34,916 nt of DNA from a virus (taxonomy: Duplodnaviria > Caudoviricetes): IMG/VR virus record IMGVR_UViG_3300017784_004349, positions 1-34,916 of that record; one strand, 5' to 3'. Made by a program: the position numbers and the translations under genes. This document shows positions 15,690 to 24,497 of this stretch, piece by piece (the stretch's first letter is position 1; every line of letters begins with the position of its first letter). A model generated the notes under the pieces. That model was not told the origin of the DNA and did no database searches. It saw nothing but the letters and a program-made list of their open reading frames with translations.

Positions 15690-17567
15690 ATGCCTGATAA
15701 AGAAAAAAGATCAAAGCTGCACGGTGCAATTCTTGACGACTTGAGCAAGCGGCAAGCATGGGAGCTTCGCCAAACCATGTGGTACGAGATGCGCCACTCT
15801 GGTTTGCGCCGGAAGAATAAGCCTTGGCCTAACGCCGCCGACCTTCACTGGCCCCTCATTGACACTAATATTGAAAAGCTCAAGCCAACTCTTTTCCAGC
15901 AAATTGTCGGCATGGATGTGGTCAGCAGTTTTATTCCCATGCGGCAGCAGCTTGCTTCCTTTACTACTACCGCAGAGCAATGGTTTGATTTCAAGATTAA
16001 AGAGAAGACCAATTTGACAATGGAGGCTCTTTCGTGGATTGACAACTGCTTGGTTTCGGGACGCGCCGTAATGAAGTGTTATTGGGATTTGGAACGTAAG
16101 GAAGTTCGCTTTGATGCTGTCAATCCGCTGTTCCTTATCGTCCCTTCTTACACAACTGACCTTCAAAGCGCTGATCGCATTGTTCACGTCATGCCGATGA
16201 GCGAGGCTTCTTACATTTCCAGTGGCCGCTACGATTCTGACAAGGAGACTTTAAGCAAGATCCACGGCAGCAACATTGATTCGGGCGTTAGCCAGCAGCG
16301 TCAGACACGCCAGACCCGTGAGGGAATTACCCACGACCCCAATGGCGAGAAGATTATTGTGTGGGAGGTCTACGAACGTAACGGATCAACTTGGACTGTT
16401 TCTACCTACAGCCCGTCTGATCCAGACATTGACCTGCGTGAACCGATGGAGCTTCCTTACGATCACGGCAAGGCTCCGTTTATTGATTATTGTTACGAAA
16501 TTAAAGATAAGGGCTGGTATTCTCCTCGCGGCGTGTGTGAGATTCTTGCTCCTTACGAGATGAGCTTGTGCAACACATGGAACCACAAGCATGACGCTAT
16601 GGCTTTGTTTAACAAGCCAATCTTCCGCGCTGAGCGCGACATTCCTAACAGCACAAACATCAGGATGAACCCCGGTCAGATTCTTCCTTTTGGCGTTGTT
16701 CCGGTTCAAGCTCCGCAACCCCCTATTTCTTTTGACCAGGAGATGATTAGCGTTCGTCAAGTGGCGGAGCAGCGTATTGGCAATCCAGATTACGGGATGG
16801 GCCAGATGGCATCATCAACCAACCGCCGCACCGCTACAGAAATCGAGGCCATCAATGCTCAAACTTCTCAAACAGGCGACCTGCGCGCTCGTTTGTTTCG
16901 CATTGCGCTAGGCGAACTCTATAAGCAGGCGTGGGGTTTGTATCTCCAATACGACAAGAAGGACTTGCAGTTTCGGTATCTGCAAGACTCTCAGGAGATT
17001 GATCCGCAAGCTCTACATGACGAATACTTTCTGGAACCAAAGGGCGGCGTTGATCAGGTGAGCAAGCAGTTTTTGATGCAGAAAGCTGTCCAGCGGAAGC
17101 AAATCTTTGCTCAGTCACCGTGGATTGACCAAGCTGAACTCGACAAGTCTATCCTTGAGTTGGATGATCCATCTTTAATCAAGCGCGTGTTCAAAGATCC
17201 AAACGAGAAGCAGATGGATCAAGCGGAGGACGAGATGCGCGGGATCCCAGCCTTGCTTGTAGGCGCTCCGCTTCGTGTAAAGCCCGGTCAGGACTACATG
17301 ACTCGCTTGCAAACGCTTCTTCAGTTTATGCAGAAGGAAGCTAATACAGGGCGCGATCTTCCCGAAGAGGGCATTCAACGGATTATGGAGCGTCTTGAAG
17401 GACTGCTTAAGGGATACGAGACTGTTGATATGAATGGCGCACGAAAACTTCGCAAGGAAATTGCAAACTTCTTTAACGAGGGAGTTAAGGCCCAGCAGTT
17501 GCAGCAAGACGGAGTTCAGCAAGCCGTTCAGCCGGAAATTCAACCTCAACCACAACCGTTAGAATAA
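15690..17567 (+). CDS. Portal protein (podovirus, P22-like)
   Basis: 625 aa directly after terL; GRAVMKCYWD, YSPRGVCEIL, RTATEI and a Gln-rich helical C-terminus. Confidence 0.88.
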   Translation: MPDKEKRSKLHGAILDDLSKRQAWELRQTMWYEMRHSGLRRKNKPWPNAADLHWPLIDTNIEKLKPTLFQQIVGMDVVSSFIPMRQQLASFTTTAEQWFDFKIKEKTNLTMEALSWIDNCLVSGRAVMKCYWDLERKEVRFDAVNPLFLIVPSYTTDLQSADRIVHVMPMSEASYISSGRYDSDKETLSKIHGSNIDSGVSQQRQTRQTREGITHDPNGEKIIVWEVYERNGSTWTVSTYSPSDPDIDLREPMELPYDHGKAPFIDYCYEIKDKGWYSPRGVCEILAPYEMSLCNTWNHKHDAMALFNKPIFRAERDIPNSTNIRMNPGQILPFGVVPVQAPQPPISFDQEMISVRQVAEQRIGNPDYGMGQMASSTNRRTATEIEAINAQTSQTGDLRARLFRIALGELYKQAWGLYLQYDKKDLQFRYLQDSQEIDPQALHDEYFLEPKGGVDQVSKQFLMQKAVQRKQIFAQSPWIDQAELDKSILELDDPSLIKRVFKDPNEKQMDQAEDEMRGIPALLVGAPLRVKPGQDYMTRLQTLLQFMQKEANTGRDLPEEGIQRIMERLEGLLKGYETVDMNGARKLRKEIANFFNEGVKAQQLQQDGVQQAVQPEIQPQPQPLE

Positions 17568-17576
17568 CAACATGAT

Positions 17577-17813
17577 ATGAAACTACAAGAAGACCGCTTT
17601 AAGATCCCCCGCAAAAGCTGGAACCCTATTCAAACTGAAGCGATGACAAAACTTCAGGAGTTTATGGATACCGGCTACACTGTGGAGCAAATTATTCTAG
17701 GAGCGTTTGAGAAGGGGCTTCCTGTTGAGACTTTGTTTCAGTTCGGTGAGCAGATTGGCTTGTCTAAGGCTGAGGTCTCCACTATTCTGGAGGAAGGGAA
17801 ACGGCAGCAGTGA
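17577..17813 (+). CDS. Hypothetical protein
   Basis: 78-aa ORF in the operon with a GTGA overlap to the next gene. Confidence 0.7.
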   Translation: MKLQEDRFKIPRKSWNPIQTEAMTKLQEFMDTGYTVEQIILGAFEKGLPVETLFQFGEQIGLSKAEVSTILEEGKRQQ

Positions 17814-18094
17814 GGCGTTATTTACGAGCGTTAAGGCAGTTTGTCAAGTATCAGGCTTGGATTGATTGTCCTGAGTGGGAAAGCGAGGACTCGATCTCGC
17901 TTGGCCTTTTCCTTAAGTCTAAGTCTGGCATTCTTTTTAAGCGCGCCCTTCTTAACGGCGTTATCCGCCAACAGGGTTCCGCGATTACTTCAGAAAAAAA
18001 TGTTGACAGGCATATTGGCTATGCTAATGGTTTCAGAGGCTGCGTTTCTTTTATTGAATCTCTGACGGAGGTTCAGGATACCGAAGCTGAATAA
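17810..18094 (+). CDS. Hypothetical head-module protein
   Basis: 94 aa, between portal and scaffold. Confidence 0.7.
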   Translation: MRRYLRALRQFVKYQAWIDCPEWESEDSISLGLFLKSKSGILFKRALLNGVIRQQGSAITSEKNVDRHIGYANGFRGCVSFIESLTEVQDTEAE

Positions 18095-18199
18095 TTTCGA
18101 TTGGTCGAGATGGGGACTCGACGACCAAACGAGTGAAGAGTTCCAAGTTAACGGGCGCGGGAAGGTGCGGCCTGCGAACGAGATTAGCACAAGACAACA

Positions 18200-19126
18200 A
18201 TGGAAGATACAGCAGTTCTAACACGGGAATCACTTCTAGCGGATGCTGAAGTGCAAGATGCGTCGAGTGGCTTTACTGCTCAAGAGGCAGCGAAGCAAGA
18301 TGAAGGCGTTGCGGATACGTCCGCGAACAGCCCTTCAAAGCCTGATGCTGAACCCGCGAAGGAGTCCGCTACGTCTCCTGTTGAGGAAATTAAGGAAGGC
18401 GAGTTGCTGAAGGATTCTAAGCCTAAAAGCAAGTTTGCAGCGAACGAAGAACGTAAGAATAAGACTTGGAGCGAGCTTAACGCTGATAAAGAGGCGTTAA
18501 AAAAGGAGCGTGAGGTCTTTCAGTCTGAGCAGTCCCGACTCCAAAGTGAGAGGGATCAGTTCACTAAAGCCAAAGCGTCACCTGACTCTGAGTTTCGGGA
18601 CGTAAAAGGGCATACCGTAAAGGATTACGATGATGCCGCTAAGCGGTTTGATGCGGAAGGGGATGCCGAGCTTGCAGCGATGGCGCGAGGCAAGTCTGAG
18701 AGTCTTAAGCAGGCCGAGAGTCAATTTAGGCGGGATAGATCTGCCGGGGAGTTCAACCAGAAATGGATTCAGAACTACACGACTCTTGCTGAAAAAGATC
18801 CAGACCTTAAGGATGAGAAATCAGCAACCTACCTAGGTATGCTTGACCTCCTTAGGCGGTTTCCTGTTCTAACCAAAGATCCGGACGGACTAACTTACGC
18901 CTACGAGGCTGTATCAATGAGCAAGAAGGGCAAGGAATTTGAGGCTTCTAAAGCCGAAGTAAACCAACTCCGCGAGGAGTTAAACAAATATCAGAAAAAA
19001 CTGTCTATTGGCGGCAGCGTTGCAGTTGGGCAACCGCAGGGCGCTAAGACCTTCGACAAGCTCTCAAGTTCTGAGCAGCGAGATCGTCTTATGTCTATGG
19101 CGGAAGAGTTCGACAACACGCGCTGA
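18200..19126 (+). CDS. Capsid scaffolding protein
   Basis: Acidic, disordered N-terminus plus coiled coils; directly upstream of the capsid gene. Confidence 0.75.
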   Translation: MEDTAVLTRESLLADAEVQDASSGFTAQEAAKQDEGVADTSANSPSKPDAEPAKESATSPVEEIKEGELLKDSKPKSKFAANEERKNKTWSELNADKEALKKEREVFQSEQSRLQSERDQFTKAKASPDSEFRDVKGHTVKDYDDAAKRFDAEGDAELAAMARGKSESLKQAESQFRRDRSAGEFNQKWIQNYTTLAEKDPDLKDEKSATYLGMLDLLRRFPVLTKDPDGLTYAYEAVSMSKKGKEFEASKAEVNQLREELNKYQKKLSIGGSVAVGQPQGAKTFDKLSSSEQRDRLMSMAEEFDNTR

Positions 19127-19155
19127 CAAATGACTTAACTTGGAAATAAAATATT

Positions 19156-20217
19156 ATGCCCATTACAAGCTCCGGTACACTTAGCGGTCAGTACCAAAAC
19201 TATTTCAGCAAGGAATTGCTGTCTTACGCAAAGCAAGCTCTTATTCTCGATCAATTTGCTAAGAAGGCACCCCTTCCTAACAAGCACGGGAACAAGACCA
19301 TCACCATGTTCCGCTTTGGTGTTCCCGCTACCGGCGGCATCTACGGATTGACGGAAGGCCAAGCGATTACTGCGGCTAACTATCGCGCACTTGCTCTTAC
19401 ATCGATTTCAAAGACCCTCAGCCAGTATGGTCAGGTTATCGGACTTACTGATATTCTTACTGCGTCTGGCTTGTTTAACGCGCTAGAGCAGGCGTCCAAG
19501 TCTACGGCTGAAGATGCTGCGTTGCACTTTGACACGATCACCCGCAATGTCCTTGTTGGATCGAACATCGCCGGCAACGCGGGTGAAAATAACCCGTCCC
19601 CGCTGGACAACAGCGATGTCCTGACTGAGCGGTATGCTGGCACCTCAACTACGTTTACTGCTCTCAACTCAGATACGGGTAATACTTCCAAGATGGCTGC
19701 GTCGGATGTCTTGGATGTGGTTACGAACTTGAAAATCAATCGTTCTCCTGAAATTGGCGGCTCTTACATTGCTGTTGTTGCCCCCCAAGTTTCCCGCGAT
19801 TTGCAGCGTGATACTGACTGGATTACTGCTGCAACACGGAGCAATGTGCAGGCCTTGTATAAGGGTGAGATTGGTTCGTTCTACGGTGTTAAGTTTATTG
19901 AGACGACTAATCCATTTATTAACATGGGCAGCGCTACGCTTACCGACCGCTACATCTATAGCACTTCCGGCGCCAACAACCTTGGGGCTGGTGCTAAAAT
20001 CTACGCGACGTTGTTCCTGGGTGGTGATGCGTATGGCGTTCCGATGCTCACTGGTGACAGTCCGATGTCGCCTAAGGTCATTATCACGGATTCCGCTGAT
20101 AAGGCTGATCCGCTCAACCAGACCGTTACCGTAGGCTTTAAGTCTTACTGGGCGACTCTGCGTTTGAACCCTGCTTATTACTGCGTCTTCCGCAGCAAAT
20201 CCGGTTACGTGGCATGA
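19156..20217 (+). CDS. Major capsid protein, N4-gp56-like family
   Basis: LPNKHGNKTITMFR, LTEG, LSQYGQVIGLTD, GEIGSFYGVKFIET and DPLNQTVTVGFK. Confidence 0.93.
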   Translation: MPITSSGTLSGQYQNYFSKELLSYAKQALILDQFAKKAPLPNKHGNKTITMFRFGVPATGGIYGLTEGQAITAANYRALALTSISKTLSQYGQVIGLTDILTASGLFNALEQASKSTAEDAALHFDTITRNVLVGSNIAGNAGENNPSPLDNSDVLTERYAGTSTTFTALNSDTGNTSKMAASDVLDVVTNLKINRSPEIGGSYIAVVAPQVSRDLQRDTDWITAATRSNVQALYKGEIGSFYGVKFIETTNPFINMGSATLTDRYIYSTSGANNLGAGAKIYATLFLGGDAYGVPMLTGDSPMSPKVIITDSADKADPLNQTVTVGFKSYWATLRLNPAYYCVFRSKSGYVA

Positions 20218-20259
20218 ACGGAACCGCCTACACCGCCTCCTCCTGCGTAGTTGCATTGT

Positions 20260-20610
20260 ATGCACGATAAAGGCGTAACAGTTATAGTCATCGGGGGTGG
20301 GGCGGGTGGCCCCACCCCCTTGGTTGCTGGAAAATCCCACAAAAAGAAAGGTTGTCCCTGTATGATCTCTATACCACTTAAAGCACTTACTAGCGGCAGT
20401 GAAGACGGCGAAGTCATGACTCCTGAATCCGGCGATACTGTTACGTTGCAAAACGTAATGGGCGTCGTGAAGTCTATTGAAGGCGAAACAGCCCACGTTG
20501 AAGTTCAGTCTGTGAACGGCGAGGAGGCTACGTACGCTGAAGAGGGCGGCGGGCGCGAGGAGATGTTGGATTTGGCCATGATGGCTGATGAAGACTCTTC
20601 TGGAGATTGA
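20260..20610 (+). CDS. Hypothetical acidic virion-associated protein
   Basis: ORF after the capsid gene; the start could be 20260 or 20362. Confidence 0.7.
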   Translation: MHDKGVTVIVIGGGAGGPTPLVAGKSHKKKGCPCMISIPLKALTSGSEDGEVMTPESGDTVTLQNVMGVVKSIEGETAHVEVQSVNGEEATYAEEGGGREEMLDLAMMADEDSSGD

Positions 20611-20613
20611 TTT

Positions 20614-20856
20614 ATGGAAAAGCGATTTTCTAAAACAGTTAAAAACCCTGAGACTGGTCGGACTAAAACCGTCCGGTTTGGTCAGGCCGGCCTAGCGAAA
20701 GACGGTGGAGACCGGATTAGGCCTGGCACAGCTAAGGGCGATGCTTATTGCGCTCGTTCGGCTAACATTAAAGGCGATTGGAAAAGCGATCCCAACTCCC
20801 CGAACAACCTGTCTCGCAAAAAGTGGCATTGCTCAGGAAGCAAATCAACGCGATAG
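20614..20856 (+). CDS. Small basic phage protein (DUF6321-like)
   Basis: VRFGQAG..PGTAKGDAYCARS..DPNSPNNLSRKKWHC. Confidence 0.7.
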   Translation: MEKRFSKTVKNPETGRTKTVRFGQAGLAKDGGDRIRPGTAKGDAYCARSANIKGDWKSDPNSPNNLSRKKWHCSGSKSTR

Positions 20857-20859
20857 CTT

Positions 20860-21108
20860 ATGCCGTTCATTGAGTATGAAACGCCTGAAGGCGAAGTGGT
20901 TGAAGTTTTCCACCGCTCAAGAAAAGACAAAGCTCCCAAAAACTATAAGCGCCTAATCAGCGCTGCTAGTTTTTCTACTGGCTCGGTGAAGGAGGAGGGC
21001 ATGAGCGAGAAGGTTAAGGGCGGCTATCACAGGTCGGAGTGCGAAAAGGGAAGCCGTTTTCGCAGCAACTACTCTAAGAAGCAAATTAAAACCGCATGGG
21101 GATGGTGA
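20860..21108 (+). CDS. FmdB-like ribbon protein lacking the canonical Cys pairs
   Basis: MPFIEYETPEGEVVEVF..KRLISAASF. Confidence 0.5.
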   Translation: MPFIEYETPEGEVVEVFHRSRKDKAPKNYKRLISAASFSTGSVKEEGMSEKVKGGYHRSECEKGSRFRSNYSKKQIKTAWGW

Positions 21109-21114
21109 TTTGTT

Positions 21115-21771
21115 ATGGCAAATAAGAAAATTTCAGACCTTAGCTCGTTTTCGACTGTTGCGACTGGCGATATGCTTATCGCTCTTGACGTAAGCGATAC
21201 AGGCCAGTCTCTTCTTGGCTCAACTAAGAAGATCAGCGTTGGCGATATTCTTACCTCCCCAACCCCAATCGGCTCCACTACGCCGTCTACTGGTCGATTT
21301 AGCGCACTTACCGTTAACGGCTACACTACTTGCTACGATCTTATTACTGTTCAATCAGCAATAAACGGGATTGGCATTCTAGTTGACGCCGCCCAAGTCG
21401 CGCCTAATACGTATAGCCCGATGCTGTTTAGGTACGCCACGGCCACTGTTGGTTCCGTTGTATGCGGCCCGTCTGCAACTACGTTTAATACATCGTCCGA
21501 TTACAGACTCAAAGACAATCAAGCTCCACTGTCGGGTTCCGGTGCTTTTATTGACGCTTTGAAACCTACTGTTTGGAACTGGAAACTGGATGGAACAAGG
21601 GGCTGCGGGTTTATTGCTCACGAATTTGCCGATGTGTCACCCGGTTCTGTTTCCGGAATTAAGGACGGCATTGACTACCAGTCCATGCAAGCCTCGTCAT
21701 CTGAGGTTATAGCCAACCTTGTTGCTGAGATTCAAGATCTTCGCAAACGCCTTTCTTTAGCTAACTTATGA
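21115..21771 (+). CDS. Short tail fibre/spike with C-terminal intramolecular chaperone (peptidase S74)
   Basis: MANKKISDL anchor; NTSSDYRLKDN, GFIAHE and a terminal coiled coil. Confidence 0.88.
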   Translation: MANKKISDLSSFSTVATGDMLIALDVSDTGQSLLGSTKKISVGDILTSPTPIGSTTPSTGRFSALTVNGYTTCYDLITVQSAINGIGILVDAAQVAPNTYSPMLFRYATATVGSVVCGPSATTFNTSSDYRLKDNQAPLSGSGAFIDALKPTVWNWKLDGTRGCGFIAHEFADVSPGSVSGIKDGIDYQSMQASSSEVIANLVAEIQDLRKRLSLANL

Positions 21772-21980
21772 CTGACAGCCTAGAAACTATGATTGCCCGC
21801 ATTGAAGAGCGCCAGATTGCTGATGCTGAAAAGTTTGACAGGGTTCTCCTTGTAATTGAAAAGCACGACGCCCGCATTAACCGCTTAGAGCAGCGGTCTT
21901 GGATGTCTGCTGGCGCGGCTGGGGCGGTAGGCGCAATAGCCGGGGCTATCGGGTCAATCGTTGTTCGGCTATGGAAATGA
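21768..21980 (+). CDS. Holin-like / XhlA-like membrane protein
   Basis: Coiled coil followed by a single Gly/Ala-rich C-terminal TM helix and basic end. Confidence 0.55.
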   Translation: MTDSLETMIARIEERQIADAEKFDRVLLVIEKHDARINRLEQRSWMSAGAAGAVGAIAGAIGSIVVRLWK

Positions 21981-22744
21981 AATGCTTGATTTTACTAGTG
22001 GTTTTATTGGTATCTGGCTGCACAAGGTTCAACCAGAGGGCGAATCATCAGTCGACAGAACTCCTGAAGGTGACGGCTCAGATCGAGCAGAAGATCGCTG
22101 TGAACACGATGGCAACCGGACTTGCCCTTCAGGCCGCTCCTCAAACGAACCGAGCGGTTCGGGTCGCGCAGGCGTTTAATGAAAAAGCAAAAGTTCTATT
22201 GCCTCAACCTGAATACGGTGAGACTATCAGGTATCAAGGGATTGTAGCTGGCCTTCTTTCGGAGAACGAGACGGACAGGACTAGCGCTCAGAAAGCGCTT
22301 GGCGAAAAGGATTCCGAGATTTTGCGTCTTCAATCCGACAAGTCGGTTATCAGTGGTCGAATTAAGGAACTTGAACTGGAGCTTATTGATTATGGAAAAA
22401 AATACGAACTTGAACGCAATAAAAGCTGGGGCCGTCGCATGTATGCGTTTCTTGGCTTCGGCGGCGTTATCGCTTTGGCAGTTGCCTTTCCGATTTTTAT
22501 CCCGATTGCTGGTCAAATTGTTAGCTGGATTGTTGGCCTTGTTCCGAGTCTTGCGTCGTGGATTGGCTTGGTTGGCCGTAAATCGTTTGACTCGGTTCTT
22601 ATTGGCGTTGAGTCGGCTAAAGAAAAAATGAAAGCTAATGGCGCTCAGGGTGTCACCTCTCTGCTAAAAGACGAGCTTAACAAGTCCACAGACTCGGCTC
22701 ATCGCCGGTTGATTGCAGCTAGAAAACAGTCTCTCAACATTTAA
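21977..22744 (+). CDS. Lipoprotein with C-terminal TM segments; unimolecular spanin candidate
   Basis: MKCLILLVVLLVSG-C lipobox, coiled coil and hydrophobic YAFLGFGGVIALAVAFPIFIPIAG..WIGLVG. ATGA overlap with the holin-like gene. Confidence 0.6.
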   Translation: MKCLILLVVLLVSGCTRFNQRANHQSTELLKVTAQIEQKIAVNTMATGLALQAAPQTNRAVRVAQAFNEKAKVLLPQPEYGETIRYQGIVAGLLSENETDRTSAQKALGEKDSEILRLQSDKSVISGRIKELELELIDYGKKYELERNKSWGRRMYAFLGFGGVIALAVAFPIFIPIAGQIVSWIVGLVPSLASWIGLVGRKSFDSVLIGVESAKEKMKANGAQGVTSLLKDELNKSTDSAHRRLIAARKQSLNI

Positions 22745-22749
22745 CATTT

Positions 22750-23775
22750 ATGGCAACACTAACAGGACAACTAGTATCAGCAAGTTACCCCACACTCCTA
22801 AAGGTTGCTACGCCTCCTGTAGACGGAACATATAAAACCATTGAGGACGGTTCTGGCGTTTCTTCGGCTCTTCAGTTGTCTACTTTGGGCGTTAAGTCGA
22901 CTGGCGCTCTTCAGTCGGTTGGCGCAACTACGCTTTCCTCAACACTCGGCGTAACTGGCGCAACTACGCTTTCTTCACTAGGCGTCACAGGCGTAGCTAC
23001 TCTAGCGAGCGCTGTTGTGACCGGCTCCGCTACAGTCGGCACCACGCTAGGGGTCACTGGCGTCCTGACGGCTACTGGCGGCATCGCAGGGACTTTGACG
23101 GGCGCTTCGAACGGGCTGCATACGGGGGCGGTGATTGGTAATACGGCTGGGGTGCATACGGGGGCCGTGACGGGCGCCGTGACGGGCAACGCTACCACCG
23201 CTACCACTCTAGCTACCTCGCGTACATTTCAAGTTTCTGGAGCCGTCACCGGCTCCGTTGTTACTTTTAACGGAAGCAACAACGTCGATATACAGACTAC
23301 TATTACCTCTCACCCCAGGGCTGTTCAGACTCACCTCTCCACCCCTGTGACGACTACTTGCACTGCAAATACGTTTACTCTTATTACTGGTTTTTCTGCG
23401 ATTATCACCCCGCAGTCCGTTACCAGCAGGGTTAGAGTTGACGTTACTTGGAATGGTTATCTTGCTGCTAGTTTTGACAGGCCTGTTTTTCAAATTATGA
23501 GAGGCACTCCTCTTATAGGTATGCCGACTGGTTTTAGCAGCAGGACGGCTGGCTTAGCTGCTGTTGGGGGGAATGCTACATCCCCGCAAACCTTGCACAC
23601 GGTCTCATTTTCTTTTCTTGACTCCCCCGCTGCTACTACAGCGCAAGCCTATTACGTTGGGTTGCTTTCGAATACCGCAAATGTTGTTACCACGAACTCT
23701 TCTGCTACTGACTTGGACAATAACTCTTATTTGCGGACATCTTCGACGATTATCCTGACTGAAATATACACATGA
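22750..23775 (+). CDS. Tail fibre protein
   Basis: Thr/Gly/Val-rich repeats (GATTLSSTLGVTG, GAVTGNATTATTLAT) and a beta-rich tip domain. Confidence 0.8.
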   Translation: MATLTGQLVSASYPTLLKVATPPVDGTYKTIEDGSGVSSALQLSTLGVKSTGALQSVGATTLSSTLGVTGATTLSSLGVTGVATLASAVVTGSATVGTTLGVTGVLTATGGIAGTLTGASNGLHTGAVIGNTAGVHTGAVTGAVTGNATTATTLATSRTFQVSGAVTGSVVTFNGSNNVDIQTTITSHPRAVQTHLSTPVTTTCTANTFTLITGFSAIITPQSVTSRVRVDVTWNGYLAASFDRPVFQIMRGTPLIGMPTGFSSRTAGLAAVGGNATSPQTLHTVSFSFLDSPAATTAQAYYVGLLSNTANVVTTNSSATDLDNNSYLRTSSTIILTEIYT

Positions 23776-24497
23776 CACTAAGCGCAATGGCTGACTTTGT
23801 TTGCTCGAAGATGATGGACACCGATGCGGCGTCCGTTATCACTTGCAAGAGCTTTATCAATCGCCGTTACCGTATGATCTGGGACTCGGCTATTTGGAAC
23901 GAGACGCTTGGGGCTGTGTCGCAGCCTGTTCTTGCGAATGTCTCTGAAGTCCTGTTTGAACAACCGCCGCAGACGTTTTTCTATCCATCTCCGCTGTATA
24001 ATTCAGGAACTTTTCTGGATTTTATTGTTGCCGCTAAGTTTGTTCCTACCGGCGAAGAGGCTGGATCGGAAATAATTAACTCTGACTGGTTTACTTTTTT
24101 CCAGACAAGTCCCGGCATCTTTGAAAACACCGTGACCAACCGTGGTCGTCCGTCAAACTTTGTGAGCATCCCGAAGTCTCAAGGCGGTTTATGTCGCATT
24201 AAGCTTGTTCCTGTTCCCTCGACGGCTGGCGTTGTGTTTGCGATTGGCAAGCTGTTGCTGGCAGACCTTGGTGACACTGAAGCCCCTGTGCTGCGCGGAA
24301 TCGACAATGCCTTATTGGCGTTTGCGGAGGGCGATATGTATGAGCGCTCTCGCCAGTTCTCTAAGGCTCAAGTAAAGTTTACTGAAGCCGCAGCCCATAT
24401 TCAGATTATGAAGGACATCGAGAAAGGTCAGCAGCAGTCTATTACTCGCATCATCCCGCAGAGCAACGACGAATATAGAATCTCAGACATTATCTAA
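23772..24497 (+). CDS. Head-tail adaptor (tail tubular A-like)
   Basis: 241 aa; MTLSAM..FINRRYRMIW N-terminal helices and helical C-terminus; position before the nozzle. Confidence 0.65.
   Translation: MTLSAMADFVCSKMMDTDAASVITCKSFINRRYRMIWDSAIWNETLGAVSQPVLANVSEVLFEQPPQTFFYPSPLYNSGTFLDFIVAAKFVPTGEEAGSEIINSDWFTFFQTSPGIFENTVTNRGRPSNFVSIPKSQGGLCRIKLVPVPSTAGVVFAIGKLLLADLGDTEAPVLRGIDNALLAFAEGDMYERSRQFSKAQVKFTEAAAHIQIMKDIEKGQQQSITRIIPQSNDEYRISDII

Noticed and set aside
19669-20496. 275-aa antisense ORF, and other long shadow ORFs such as 30012..30626 and 3871..4287
   Set aside because: They lie opposite well-supported genes, have no recognisable motifs and are explained by codon bias.
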